Both the position numbers and the translations under genes were made by a program. Below, in pieces: positions 27,235 to 36,069 of a stretch of DNA of 64,000 bases. The notes under the pieces are model-generated. The model searched no databases. It had not been told where the DNA came from and saw only the letters and a list, made by a program, of their open reading frames with translations. Source of the DNA: a virus; the IMG/VR virus record IMGVR_UViG_3300021420_000001, positions 32,001 to 96,000 of that record. One strand, 5' to 3'. The first letter of the stretch is position 1. Every line of letters starts with the position of its first letter.

Positions 27235-30171
27235 TCAGTTCAATTGCGCGCAAGGCAGGTGGGTAGCAAGGTTGAGTTCCTGATTGTCCGAAGTCAGAAC
27301 CGTACACTGCAACAGGTACGTCACGTTGGCCACGCAACCCGCGAACTGCTGCAGGACAGCCCGACCGAAGACCCCCGCAGGAACCCCAGGGAAGGCCGGA
27401 GGGACGGGTCCGATCTGGGAGGCCCCAAAGACTATCCCCTGTGGGTTAGGGTCCTGGGTGAGGCTTACACCCGCGTTGGCGACCGTTATCCCGACAATCG
27501 AGGCGATCGTGACGCCAGACCCGAGCCAAGGGTCGAAATTGAACGTGACAGTTACCTTCTCCACGGTGGGATCGATAACCGAGAGATCATTACCATAAGG
27601 CATGCCCATAACCCTTGGCGTTGTCACAAAGGTGCGGGCGGAGCCCTGTTTGGATGGCAGCGTAGAATTCGGCGCGTTCGGATTACAGACAAAGCGTGGG
27701 TCTGTAATGAGCAGCGCTGTCGGGAATAGGATTGCGCCATTGCGCCAGTAGAAGCCTTGCCACGCGGGAATGTCGGCCGGAACGCTACTACCGTAATTCC
27801 AATTCTGTATTGGCGGAGTTACGACCGTTGGCCGGTTCGTGACGTTGGCGTTGACTTGACCCAACCACTGCCAGAATGGTTCATCAAATGGACGGGTCTG
27901 GAATTTCCACAGTGGTGCAGAAGGCTGACCACCAGCTGTTACAATTGGCGTAAGTAGGGTATTACTCTTTGGCCCGAACTGCCAACCACTGGAATCATCT
28001 TGCCCAAACTTCCAAGGAATGTAGATGAAAGGTTCGTTGACGACAGGAACAAGGTTGATGTTCCTTGGCTTGGAACCTGACTGCCAACTAGAAGAGTCAT
28101 CGAAACCGTAACACCACGGCGAATACGTAAACGGCAGCGTTGGTACAAACGGAGTTAGATTTATGTTACGAGGTTTAGACCCAGACTGCCAATAGCTTGA
28201 ATCGTCCTGACCGAACTGCCACGGCGTATAAATGAAAGGCTCTACAACAACGACGGGAATAAGATTAACGTTCTTAGCCTTAGTCTTCAGTTGCCAAACG
28301 TCATCATCAAAAGGACGCGTTGAATAGAAAGCCGGACGTAGAACGGTCTTGGGTCCGGGAGGTAACGTTATCAGTGCAGCGGCTGTTCCCGTCCAATTCC
28401 AATTACTCGAATCATCAAAGCCGTAGCGCCAGGGGGAATAAGTGAAAGGTAAGGTCGTAACTGATGCAACCAGATTTATGTTCTTGGCGACAGGAAGCCT
28501 TTGCCAAACGGGCATGTCGTCTGGAGGACTATAATACCAAGTAGAAATTGATGGGAATTGAACACTCGCGGCTGCGTTCAGATTGTACGGGGCTTTGAAC
28601 TGCCAAGTGCTTGAATCGTCAACGCCAAATTTCCAAGGGGGGCTAACGGTGGGGGTATTCCCCGATGCAATTAAATTAGCATTACGCTCTATTGCCGGTT
28701 GCCAGATAAAATCATCTGAAGGACGTGAAGCGTAAAAGGGCGGACGTAGAACAGTTTTATTTGTAGGCGCATTCAACAGCGTGTAGAACGTCGCTGAACC
28801 TACCGCATTGGATTGCTGCCAATTAGGCTGATCATAATTGGCAAATGAATATGCCCAATTCTGCTTGAATGGATTCGTAGCCGCAACTGTAAGAAGGCTG
28901 CGGTTATTCGTAGAGGGCTGTCTCCACGCAGAAGAATCATCTAGGAGGTAATCCCAACGCTTTGTCAGAACTTGACCAGGAGCCCCAAAGAATTTAGTCC
29001 CGGTAAGGATCTCAAGAATGCCGGAATTGTAATTCTCGGGAGTGCCTTGCCAAGCAGATTCGGCGATATCGTAATCAAACTTCCACAACCAAGGGATGTT
29101 AACAAACGCCTCAGAGACTTGAAGCGGGCTACGGCCTTGTGAACTAAATTGCCACCCCGAAGAGTCATCGTAATTGTATAGCGGTCCCCACCTTTTAGTT
29201 GGAGGTTGTCCACCAACATCCAATAGCACAAGAGTATTTGCATTACGATTGTCGGCCGTCGGAGCCCAAATGAAATCGTCCGATGGTCGTGGCGCAAAGA
29301 AAGCTGGACGCAGGACCGTCTTAGGTAAAATACTTGCAGCTAAGCTACGGTTGTATGGTGCAGAAGCGAATGACCAAAGGGAAGAATCATCAATACCATT
29401 CAAGAAAGATCGAGCGGGTTTCTTGTTGACAAAAGCAGAGACATAATTGATGACGATAAGACCGTTAGCACCTACGCCCGCAGTACCTCCAGTAGTAGCC
29501 CCGCCACCGCCGGCGCCGTAATTACCGCCAGCACCGGCTGTGCCCGTTGTACAGCCACCGCCACCGCCACCAGACCCATGAGAAGCATCATACTCCGTGC
29601 CGGGATTTCCTGCAGTACCACTCGTTGTCCCACCGGCGCCGCCTGTGCCTCCTGAAGTACCGTCTCCCTGACCACCAATACCACCGTTACCCACAGTACC
29701 ATTGGCGCCAACATTGCCAGCTCCGTTAGGGCCACCTGCACCGCCACCGCCTCCAGCATCGGTCGAGACTGATCCGCCGTTACCGCCATTATTTGCAGAG
29801 GTACCTACGCTAGCAGCGGCAGTCCCACCGAGTCCGCCAGTTCCCCCACCTCCAGTGACAGCAGCAGCGCCCGCAGCTGCGCAACTGACTGTATTACCAT
29901 TCGCAACAGCATTAGCTAATGAAGTAGCATTAAACCAAGTGTCGTTACCCTTTTGTCCTGTTGCTCCACCAGCACCAATCCCAACGTTGAGAACGGCGCG
30001 TGGTGTAACAGTGAGAATACTCCGTGCCCAGGCGCCACCTCCGCCACCGCCACCTGCGCCGGCTCCGCCAGCACCACCAGAACCAGAGCCAAGGCAATCA
30101 ACAACAACCTGAACGCAATCGTCAGGAACCGTCCAGGTCGTCGTACCGTTCAGTAGGAAAATCTGAGGCAT
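27235..30171 (-). CDS. Large putative virion appendage protein: Gly-rich domain, ~16 Trp/Asp repeats, C-terminal fibre-adaptor-like domain
   Basis: N-term TWTVP..VDCLGSGSGG...GANGLIVINY polyglycine domain. Central PWxFGxDDSSxWQ repeats. C-term DPTVEKVTVTFNFDPWLGSGVTI...YLLQCTVLTSDNQEL. Confidence 0.75.
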   Translation of the reverse strand: MPQIFLLNGTTTWTVPDDCVQVVVDCLGSGSGGAGGAGAGGGGGGGAWARSILTVTPRAVLNVGIGAGGATGQKGNDTWFNATSLANAVANGNTVSCAAAGAAAVTGGGGTGGLGGTAAASVGTSANNGGNGGSVSTDAGGGGGAGGPNGAGNVGANGTVGNGGIGGQGDGTSGGTGGAGGTTSGTAGNPGTEYDASHGSGGGGGGCTTGTAGAGGNYGAGGGGATTGGTAGVGANGLIVINYVSAFVNKKPARSFLNGIDDSSLWSFASAPYNRSLAASILPKTVLRPAFFAPRPSDDFIWAPTADNRNANTLVLLDVGGQPPTKRWGPLYNYDDSSGWQFSSQGRSPLQVSEAFVNIPWLWKFDYDIAESAWQGTPENYNSGILEILTGTKFFGAPGQVLTKRWDYLLDDSSAWRQPSTNNRSLLTVAATNPFKQNWAYSFANYDQPNWQQSNAVGSATFYTLLNAPTNKTVLRPPFYASRPSDDFIWQPAIERNANLIASGNTPTVSPPWKFGVDDSSTWQFKAPYNLNAAASVQFPSISTWYYSPPDDMPVWQRLPVAKNINLVASVTTLPFTYSPWRYGFDDSSNWNWTGTAAALITLPPGPKTVLRPAFYSTRPFDDDVWQLKTKAKNVNLIPVVVVEPFIYTPWQFGQDDSSYWQSGSKPRNINLTPFVPTLPFTYSPWCYGFDDSSSWQSGSKPRNINLVPVVNEPFIYIPWKFGQDDSSGWQFGPKSNTLLTPIVTAGGQPSAPLWKFQTRPFDEPFWQWLGQVNANVTNRPTVVTPPIQNWNYGSSVPADIPAWQGFYWRNGAILFPTALLITDPRFVCNPNAPNSTLPSKQGSARTFVTTPRVMGMPYGNDLSVIDPTVEKVTVTFNFDPWLGSGVTIASIVGITVANAGVSLTQDPNPQGIVFGASQIGPVPPAFPGVPAGVFGRAVLQQFAGCVANVTYLLQCTVLTSDNQELNLATHLPCAQLN
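27720..29440 (-). repeat. Array of ~16 degenerate ~30-45 aa protein repeats
   Basis: Cores in order: IDDSSLW, SDDFIW, YDDSSGW, YDIAESAW, LDDSSAW, YDQPNW, SDDFIW, VDDSSTW, PDDMPVW, FDDSSNW, FDDDVW, QDDSSYW, FDDSSSW, QDDSSGW, FDEPFW, ADIPAW. Confidence 0.88.
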
Positions 30172-30197
30172 AGATGCTCACGCCCCTAAATTTTCCA

Positions 30198-30440
30198 TTA
30201 ACGAAGAAGCATGTTCGGGAAACCAAGCGAGGTCTTTGGTGGAACTTCACCTACGACTTCTTCAGGAGGTACTGCCGACCCCACAACGCCTCGATAGCAA
30301 CCATCACAAATAGGTGGGTCGAACGGAGTCGTCATTGGTATCTGTAGGATACGGCGAAGTGCCTCGACCTCTGCAAGCGATCGACGTTCTCGCTCGAAAG
30401 GTTCGAGGCACCAACCACAAAGCAGTGTCTGCTTAGCCAT
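30198..30440 (-). CDS. Small Zn-finger-like protein
   Basis: CGWC...CDGC. Confidence 0.6.
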   Translation of the reverse strand: MAKQTLLCGWCLEPFERERRSLAEVEALRRILQIPMTTPFDPPICDGCYRGVVGSAVPPEEVVGEVPPKTSLGFPNMLLR

Positions 30441-30467
30441 TTGTACGTCCCAGAAAAGTATACTACG

Positions 30468-30977
30468 TCAGAGCGACTCGTACACCATATGACTTCCGAC
30501 CAATCCGGGAGTACCGCCTGTGAAGGCCGAGAGTGAGACCTCCCCAAGCGAGGCCGTATTGCCCAAGACGCTGAAGCACTCCTCTAGGCGGTTGGCGCGC
30601 CAGAAGTAGACGCCACCAAAAGCATTGAGCGAGCAGTTCGCCAAGTGCAATGTAGACGATCGCTGAGGTGGTGTCGCATTGATATTACCCGTCAGGGCCG
30701 GAGCGGCAAGCGCGGCAGTGGCCGGATCAATCGCGGCGTCGGTCACACCCGTACCGTTCGAGTTGGTAACACCGACCGTGGAGTCCCTGGAGAGTAGCAT
30801 GATCGTCGGGGACGAGGACGAAGGGGCCTGGCCCGCAATCGAGATTTCCCATACCTTGTTCAGCTGGGTAGCCGTACCACCCTGTAGGATGAACGGATAG
30901 GTGCCACTCGTCATACCAGTCGTGTCGGCAAAGGCAGTCGGGGTCAGGGTCGTATTGGAAACAATGCGTCTAGCCAT
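30468..30977 (-). CDS. Beta-rich Ser/Thr-rich putative structural (fibre subunit) protein
   Basis: 169 aa; strong SD (AAGAGGAG); C/G-ending codons like the capsid genes. Confidence 0.65.
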   Translation of the reverse strand: MARRIVSNTTLTPTAFADTTGMTSGTYPFILQGGTATQLNKVWEISIAGQAPSSSSPTIMLLSRDSTVGVTNSNGTGVTDAAIDPATAALAAPALTGNINATPPQRSSTLHLANCSLNAFGGVYFWRANRLEECFSVLGNTASLGEVSLSAFTGGTPGLVGSHMVYESL

Positions 30978-31044
30978 AGTTCACTCCTCTTGGCTTTTCT
31001 GCCGGCCGTCATGGCTAGGGCAGGTTGAATTCCGGGGTTTGACG

Positions 31045-31401
31045 TTATCGAAGAAGACGCGGGGGGATAGAAGGGGGTTGCCCCTTGGCAACAGCATCCA
31101 CAAATTCATCGATGACCTGCTTCATGGGCTTGAGCTCTACGCCAAGCTTGCGCAGCAAATCGCAATTGTCGCAGATGTATCGGTCCAACTTACGACAATA
31201 AGCTCGCTCACGCTCCCGTAGTGGATTGCGTACAATAAGACTCTCACAATACGGACAATTATACGTCGCTGCCTGAAGACGCTTACCGGCTTCGACTGGA
31301 ATTGTGCCATGACCGACCTTAGCCGCAAGCTCTGGGGAAACGCCAGGGCTCTCGCGGTGGTCGATCTCAAGGTAACCTTCGAGCTCGCGTTTGGAGAACA
31401 T
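31045..31401 (-). CDS. Cys-rich Zn-binding hypothetical protein
   Basis: CPYC...CRKL...ICDNC. Confidence 0.65.
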   Translation of the reverse strand: MFSKRELEGYLEIDHRESPGVSPELAAKVGHGTIPVEAGKRLQAATYNCPYCESLIVRNPLRERERAYCRKLDRYICDNCDLLRKLGVELKPMKQVIDEFVDAVAKGQPPSIPPRLLR

Positions 31402-31404
31402 TGC

Positions 31405-32220
31405 CTACATCATGATCATGGGTTGAGCACCAAAAAGGGTGTCCGGAGAGATTCCTGAGCTCGTAACCCCTGAGAAAAAACTCTGTTGTGAAATAGGAGG
31501 ATACCAAAAAGACCAAGGATCGGATGCTGCTTGTATTAATTCTGGGAGTAGGTTAAATCTACCAACAGAAAACATTGCAGCACTATTATTACCGATTCCT
31601 ACAAGGGTGTCTCTATTGCCGAATACGTAAGTACCGTTACTAGGGGAGGCAACGCTTGCCTGCGTTCCGGTAGCGGTTTGGATTTGCCCGGTCGCCAGAT
31701 TTCTGACCGCCGCGTTCCACGTAGTAGTACCCTGGTGAAACGAAATGGCAAAGAAGTAAGGTAATCCAACAGTGGGAACTATTCCGGTCGTTACCGATGT
31801 ATCTCCACCAAGTGTGAGGGCAAATGCCGTTACACCGCTAGTAAACAGTCCTGGTCCGATGCCGGTACCGCTTCCAGAAGAATTACAAGCGTAGAAAGCC
31901 GTACCTGAAACAGTAGATGGGCGAACAATTGCGGCCACTGTATAAATCGTCTCAGTTGTTGCCGGCCGCGAAGACCACGTAAAAGCGTCCGTCGACGCAG
32001 CAAATTTAATTGCTGGCCCAAGCGCGCCATCGATCAGAGCAGAAGGACCGCCGACAACTATACCAGGCTTTGCCCCATTAACTAAATCTACAGCTCCACC
32101 ACTTGACGTCGCCACAAAAGAAAACCGGGTCTTAACTCCAGCTAAGACGTGGGTAGGGTCAAACCCGGATAGACGTCCTGCCGGGTAAGTAAGCGGATTA
32201 TATGGACGAAGAAGACGCAT
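31405..32220 (-). CDS. LamG/concanavalin A-like jelly-roll protein (putative virion lectin)
   Basis: AVDLVNG...GPAIKF...YTVAAIVRP...YFFAISF...LPELIQAASDPW pattern. Confidence 0.65.
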   Translation of the reverse strand: MRLLRPYNPLTYPAGRLSGFDPTHVLAGVKTRFSFVATSSGGAVDLVNGAKPGIVVGGPSALIDGALGPAIKFAASTDAFTWSSRPATTETIYTVAAIVRPSTVSGTAFYACNSSGSGTGIGPGLFTSGVTAFALTLGGDTSVTTGIVPTVGLPYFFAISFHQGTTTWNAAVRNLATGQIQTATGTQASVASPSNGTYVFGNRDTLVGIGNNSAAMFSVGRFNLLPELIQAASDPWSFWYPPISQQSFFSGVTSSGISPDTLFGAQPMIMM

Positions 32221-32718
32221 TTAAGCGTTCAGATTTTGGTTGTAGGTACGATACTTCACAGTCTGAGTACCAGCCGAAAGTGCCGTTGATGGTAGTAAAT
32301 TGTTGACAAGCGCGAATCGGAAGGAGCCAGGAGGTAGAACCAACCCCTGTACAAAGTACACAAGTGATGTTAGAGTAGCTACGCGAAAGTTTACCGGTAC
32401 TGGGGGAAGCGCAGGAGTGCCTACCGTTTGCGTACCGGGTGTCGCATAAAGTCCATCACCATAAGTAGTACCATCATCAAGCAAAGGATAAAGATACAAA
32501 GCAACACCGGCACCAGCTGTCAATGTCGTAGAAGCAATGGCAAGTCGGATGGAAATATCCATATACTGATCAAGTGATGTTCCATTGGTAATGTCACCCA
32601 CCGACGAAAGAACCCCGCTACCGTTTGGTAGGCTGACAAGATCGGATGAATTGATCAAGGTTGCAAAGCCAAGACCGGGGCCAAGCCGTCCGCCAATCCA
32701 TGCTGTGTTATTCGCCAT
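32221..32718 (-). CDS. Beta-sandwich putative structural protein
   Basis: 165 aa; ITNGTSLDQYMDISIRL, VALYLYPLLDDGTTYGD, LPPGSFRFALVNN. Confidence 0.6.
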   Translation of the reverse strand: MANNTAWIGGRLGPGLGFATLINSSDLVSLPNGSGVLSSVGDITNGTSLDQYMDISIRLAIASTTLTAGAGVALYLYPLLDDGTTYGDGLYATPGTQTVGTPALPPVPVNFRVATLTSLVYFVQGLVLPPGSFRFALVNNLLPSTALSAGTQTVKYRTYNQNLNA

Positions 32719-32730
32719 ATGTTAACCCTC

Positions 32731-34794
32731 TTAGCTGCTTCCGTTTGCAATCGCAAACGCCGGAAAGGATTGATAAGGAGAACTGTAAATATCTCCAGGA
32801 TACATGCTCCAGGGGAGGTTTCCAGCCAGGGTGAAGTACGCACCCATAGAACCCGCTGGAAGACCGGGTGTAGTCTTAAATTGAGATATCAAATCTTGGA
32901 TAATCTGGTTAAAGGTAGAACTGTACTTGTACCCAGTCAACATGACATCGATCTTGCCGCCAGAGCCGCCGTAGGTTGTGCTAATACCGATGCTCGTACA
33001 TTGCGCCGTTGTAGGCGCTTGCGCTTCATAACCACCCTCGTATAGCACAAATGGCAAGCCGTAGGTAGCACCCTGCGAAACCCACCCAGGGTAAAATATT
33101 CCTGAATGCGTAGCCAAAGTCTCTCCTCCAGCCACGCTATTCTTTTTTCCGTTACGGACATCTGCGTTTATCCAAGCAAATGCAGCATCATTATTGCCAT
33201 TAGCGTAATTATCCGCTGCTCCAGTCAACCCAGCAAGATCTCCCGCTCCATAAGTTCCACCGTACGCCGGACCAGCGCATAAGATCGCACCAGCAAAGTA
33301 ATTAGCGAACGAGAAAACATCCGCGTAATCGATGGGACGACCATTACCCCCCGCACCCACTGTCTGATTGTAACTTACGCCGATGATGCTGGCATAGTTT
33401 GGGAACGTAGCAGTGTTTAAATCGGTCCCTTGCCAGCGGTAGATGTCGGTGGCTACAGGATCATTGACTTCCCCCTGCGCCATAACTCTCTTGAAGTTTT
33501 TCTGACCGCCGTAAGCCGTAGTTATCAAGGCCATCGTCAGTCTAAATCGAAGCCCATAAGTGGAAAAAATATATCTGGCATTACTGCTCGGGAAACCCAA
33601 CGCAGTGCCTACTGCACCGGCCCAGGATGATTGCTCGAATCCACTGGAAATGTTCCAAATCTCATTTGAGTATTCATAGTAACAATTCAGATCTTTCCGT
33701 AGATTGTTTTTTATGTAGGTCGCATCAGCCGTGATGTAGGCATCAGTTGCATGGACCGGAATGTGATACCACATATCCATCCCAAGCTCGTTGCACATTT
33801 CCACCATTGCGAAAACAGGAAGACATTTGATACCTAAAGCACTTCCACTACCCAACCAGGCCCCCAAAATACTATCATATACCAAAGTCCAACAACTACC
33901 TGCCGAAATGGCGCCAGACCCCAAATTCTGGGCACTCATATTGAAAACCGGAACCCCTACTGTTCCATTTAGGGTTAGAGTTACATTGCCAGTGTTTGCT
34001 GCATTAAACTGAAGTTGTATCGTCTGTCCTTGCGTGAGTGTAGCTCCACTCACTGTTACTGAATATGTATTCCCGGAGTTTGTTGTTGAGCCCCCCCAAA
34101 CTGTCGGCTCCCAACGGTTGGTGTAGCAAATTGCCGTAGATAGGCAATTCATTCCAACACCAGCTAAATTGTTGTTACTGTCGCAGTTATCAATCGTCGG
34201 CATACGGACGATCTTTGGATTCAACCTTTTCATAATGCTAAGAAAATCGGGATTGAACATGAGACCGGCATTCAAAGCCGGTCCATCAGCTTTTCGATAA
34301 AGTCGCAATTGCGTCAGATTGATAGTAGCTCCAGAAATAAATCCAGCCTCACAACCACTAAGCGTGCTCGGAGGAACGTTAAAGGTAAACTCTACAGATC
34401 CATCAGTACCAAATACTCCCAGATCAAATTGGGTAGTATACACAAAAGAATTACCAGCATAGACAGTAACTCCCGTACCAAGGCTAATTACCATCCCGTG
34501 GTTGCTAGAATTACCAAGCACGCCTTTCCAATCAAGAACCCAATGTCCGGTATATGATGAAATCGGCTGGATCAGGAAATTTATACTCGAAGATAAAGTG
34601 CCAGTCGGAAAGTTATTGTTGTCCAACATTCCAGGAAAAGCAGTGGTACCATTGTTAGTAAAAGTCCCCATCAAGAACATGTTCATGTAAGGGTACGGAT
34701 AAGGCATGTAGTCAATATTCAAGACATTCGAGCCTGCGGGTAATGCCGCAGAACTAAAGAAATTTCTAACCGCTCCCCCACCGCCAAGCAGCAC
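32731..34794 (-). CDS. Glycoside hydrolase-like (TIM-barrel, clan A-like) protein with inserted fibre-type domain
   Basis: FNPDFL..LNPKIVRM, MVEMCNELGMDMWYHIP, YYEYSNEIWN (NE acid/base-like), VLYEGG (nucleophile-like). Insert NTYSVT...FNAANTGNVTLTLNG...GAISAG..LVYD. Confidence 0.65.
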   Translation of the reverse strand: MLLGGGGAVRNFFSSAALPAGSNVLNIDYMPYPYPYMNMFLMGTFTNNGTTAFPGMLDNNNFPTGTLSSSINFLIQPISSYTGHWVLDWKGVLGNSSNHGMVISLGTGVTVYAGNSFVYTTQFDLGVFGTDGSVEFTFNVPPSTLSGCEAGFISGATINLTQLRLYRKADGPALNAGLMFNPDFLSIMKRLNPKIVRMPTIDNCDSNNNLAGVGMNCLSTAICYTNRWEPTVWGGSTTNSGNTYSVTVSGATLTQGQTIQLQFNAANTGNVTLTLNGTVGVPVFNMSAQNLGSGAISAGSCWTLVYDSILGAWLGSGSALGIKCLPVFAMVEMCNELGMDMWYHIPVHATDAYITADATYIKNNLRKDLNCYYEYSNEIWNISSGFEQSSWAGAVGTALGFPSSNARYIFSTYGLRFRLTMALITTAYGGQKNFKRVMAQGEVNDPVATDIYRWQGTDLNTATFPNYASIIGVSYNQTVGAGGNGRPIDYADVFSFANYFAGAILCAGPAYGGTYGAGDLAGLTGAADNYANGNNDAAFAWINADVRNGKKNSVAGGETLATHSGIFYPGWVSQGATYGLPFVLYEGGYEAQAPTTAQCTSIGISTTYGGSGGKIDVMLTGYKYSSTFNQIIQDLISQFKTTPGLPAGSMGAYFTLAGNLPWSMYPGDIYSSPYQSFPAFAIANGSS

Positions 34795-35274
34795 CTAGAA
34801 GTTCCCCCACCAACCGCCAGGACCCCACCCCCCAAAAACGGGCCAGGGGTTTGCGGGTTTTGGTGCTCCAGGCAAATATCGCATAGTACGGAAAGGACTA
34901 CTTGCTAACCAGTACATCGATCCGAAAGTAGTCTGGTTCCACCAGCTAGCGTTCGCGTTGACCGGCATCGGCATTTCAGTCGCTACACTGACCGAGCCTT
35001 CTGATGCATTCGTAATACGCCCAACCACATTTGGATCACGATTGGGTTGGCCTGTATTGTCCGGCTTAGGCGCAAACAACTGCACGATATGTGCCGTCGC
35101 CAGATTGAGGAGATTGGTCTGCGTCGTAGCATCCTGCACAGGACCACCACCGTCATTACGATGTACCTGGGTTGCCAAATTCCAGTACATCGTGGCCTGA
35201 GCAGAACTCAAATACGAAAACTGGGGAAATAATTGAACCCAGCTGTCGTACGAGAAGGGTACAATAACACCCAC
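34795..35274 (-). CDS. Head-to-tail connector (DUF4054-like)
   Basis: FPQF, LLNLATAHI, VGRITNASEGSVSV, WWNQTTFGSMYW, FRTMRY. Confidence 0.88.
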   Translation of the reverse strand: MGVIVPFSYDSWVQLFPQFSYLSSAQATMYWNLATQVHRNDGGGPVQDATTQTNLLNLATAHIVQLFAPKPDNTGQPNRDPNVVGRITNASEGSVSVATEMPMPVNANASWWNQTTFGSMYWLASSPFRTMRYLPGAPKPANPWPVFGGWGPGGWWGNF

Positions 35275-35284
35275 GTCGGTCTAC

Positions 35285-35743
35285 TCAGTTCGCGGTCTGG
35301 CTGTAAGGTGTGATCTTCATCCCCACCTTGGGTGGGTTCTTGGGATCGATCGGCTCCAGCCCCGATTTGACCTTCTCGACATGTTGTTCCTGCGCCTGCT
35401 TGGACGCTGCGTCAAAGGTTGGGTGCGCAAAGATGATACGATTCAACAACACATCCGCATCCTGATTCTGTGCCACCCACTCTTCCCAGAAGTCGGCCGG
35501 AACCTGGGTCAGGGCATAGCCGCCAGGCATGGGAACCTCTGGAACCTGCCCGAACTTGAGCGCGCATCCGGCCAGCTTGACGGGCTCGCCTTTCTTGCGC
35601 GCCTTCTGGATAGTGCGGGTACCAGTCGGAGACGCTTCATGCTGATCCTGCATCTCCCAGAGCTGGAGAATGAGCCCATTAGGTAGCTTACAGGCAACAG
35701 TGACAGTAGACACAGACTTCTTCGTAGTGACGCGCTCGACCAT
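35285..35743 (-). CDS. Conserved post-capsid hypothetical protein
   Basis: VTVACKLPNGL, GGYALTQVPADFWEEW, SGLEPIDP. Confidence 0.75.
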   Translation of the reverse strand: MVERVTTKKSVSTVTVACKLPNGLILQLWEMQDQHEASPTGTRTIQKARKKGEPVKLAGCALKFGQVPEVPMPGGYALTQVPADFWEEWVAQNQDADVLLNRIIFAHPTFDAASKQAQEQHVEKVKSGLEPIDPKNPPKVGMKITPYSQTAN

Positions 35744-35760
35744 TGTAACAAACTCCTCTT

Positions 35761-36051
35761 TCAGCCCATTTTGAATGTGGGGTTATTAAACCCTTGTACC
35801 TTGTTCCGACTCCAGGCCCGACCCTTCAGAACGTTAAGATCTTCCTCAGCGAAGACAATATTGTTCCGTACGGCGTCAGAGTCGGCATTGGCCTTGAGCC
35901 AAGCCGCCCAGAGCTCTCCGTCCACGCCTTCGGTTATGGCATAGCCACCAGCCCTATCCTGAACCTGGACTTTGTTAGGGCCGAGGAGAGTTACCTGCCT
36001 ACCAGCACCGCTGATAAGCATCCCATTTGGTACCTTGCAAGCTACGAACAT
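35761..36051 (-). CDS. Short paralog of 35285..35743
   Basis: VACKVPNGM, GGYAITEGVDGELWAAWL, NNIVFA. Confidence 0.7.
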   Translation of the reverse strand: MFVACKVPNGMLISGAGRQVTLLGPNKVQVQDRAGGYAITEGVDGELWAAWLKANADSDAVRNNIVFAEEDLNVLKGRAWSRNKVQGFNNPTFKMG

Positions 36052-36069
36052 TGGGCCGCCCCTAAAGTG

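Noticed and set aside
27720-29440. CRISPR array or DGR template/variable repeats
   Set aside because: The repeats are degenerate, in-frame and conserved at protein level; no cas or reverse transcriptase gene and no adenine-specific pattern seen.
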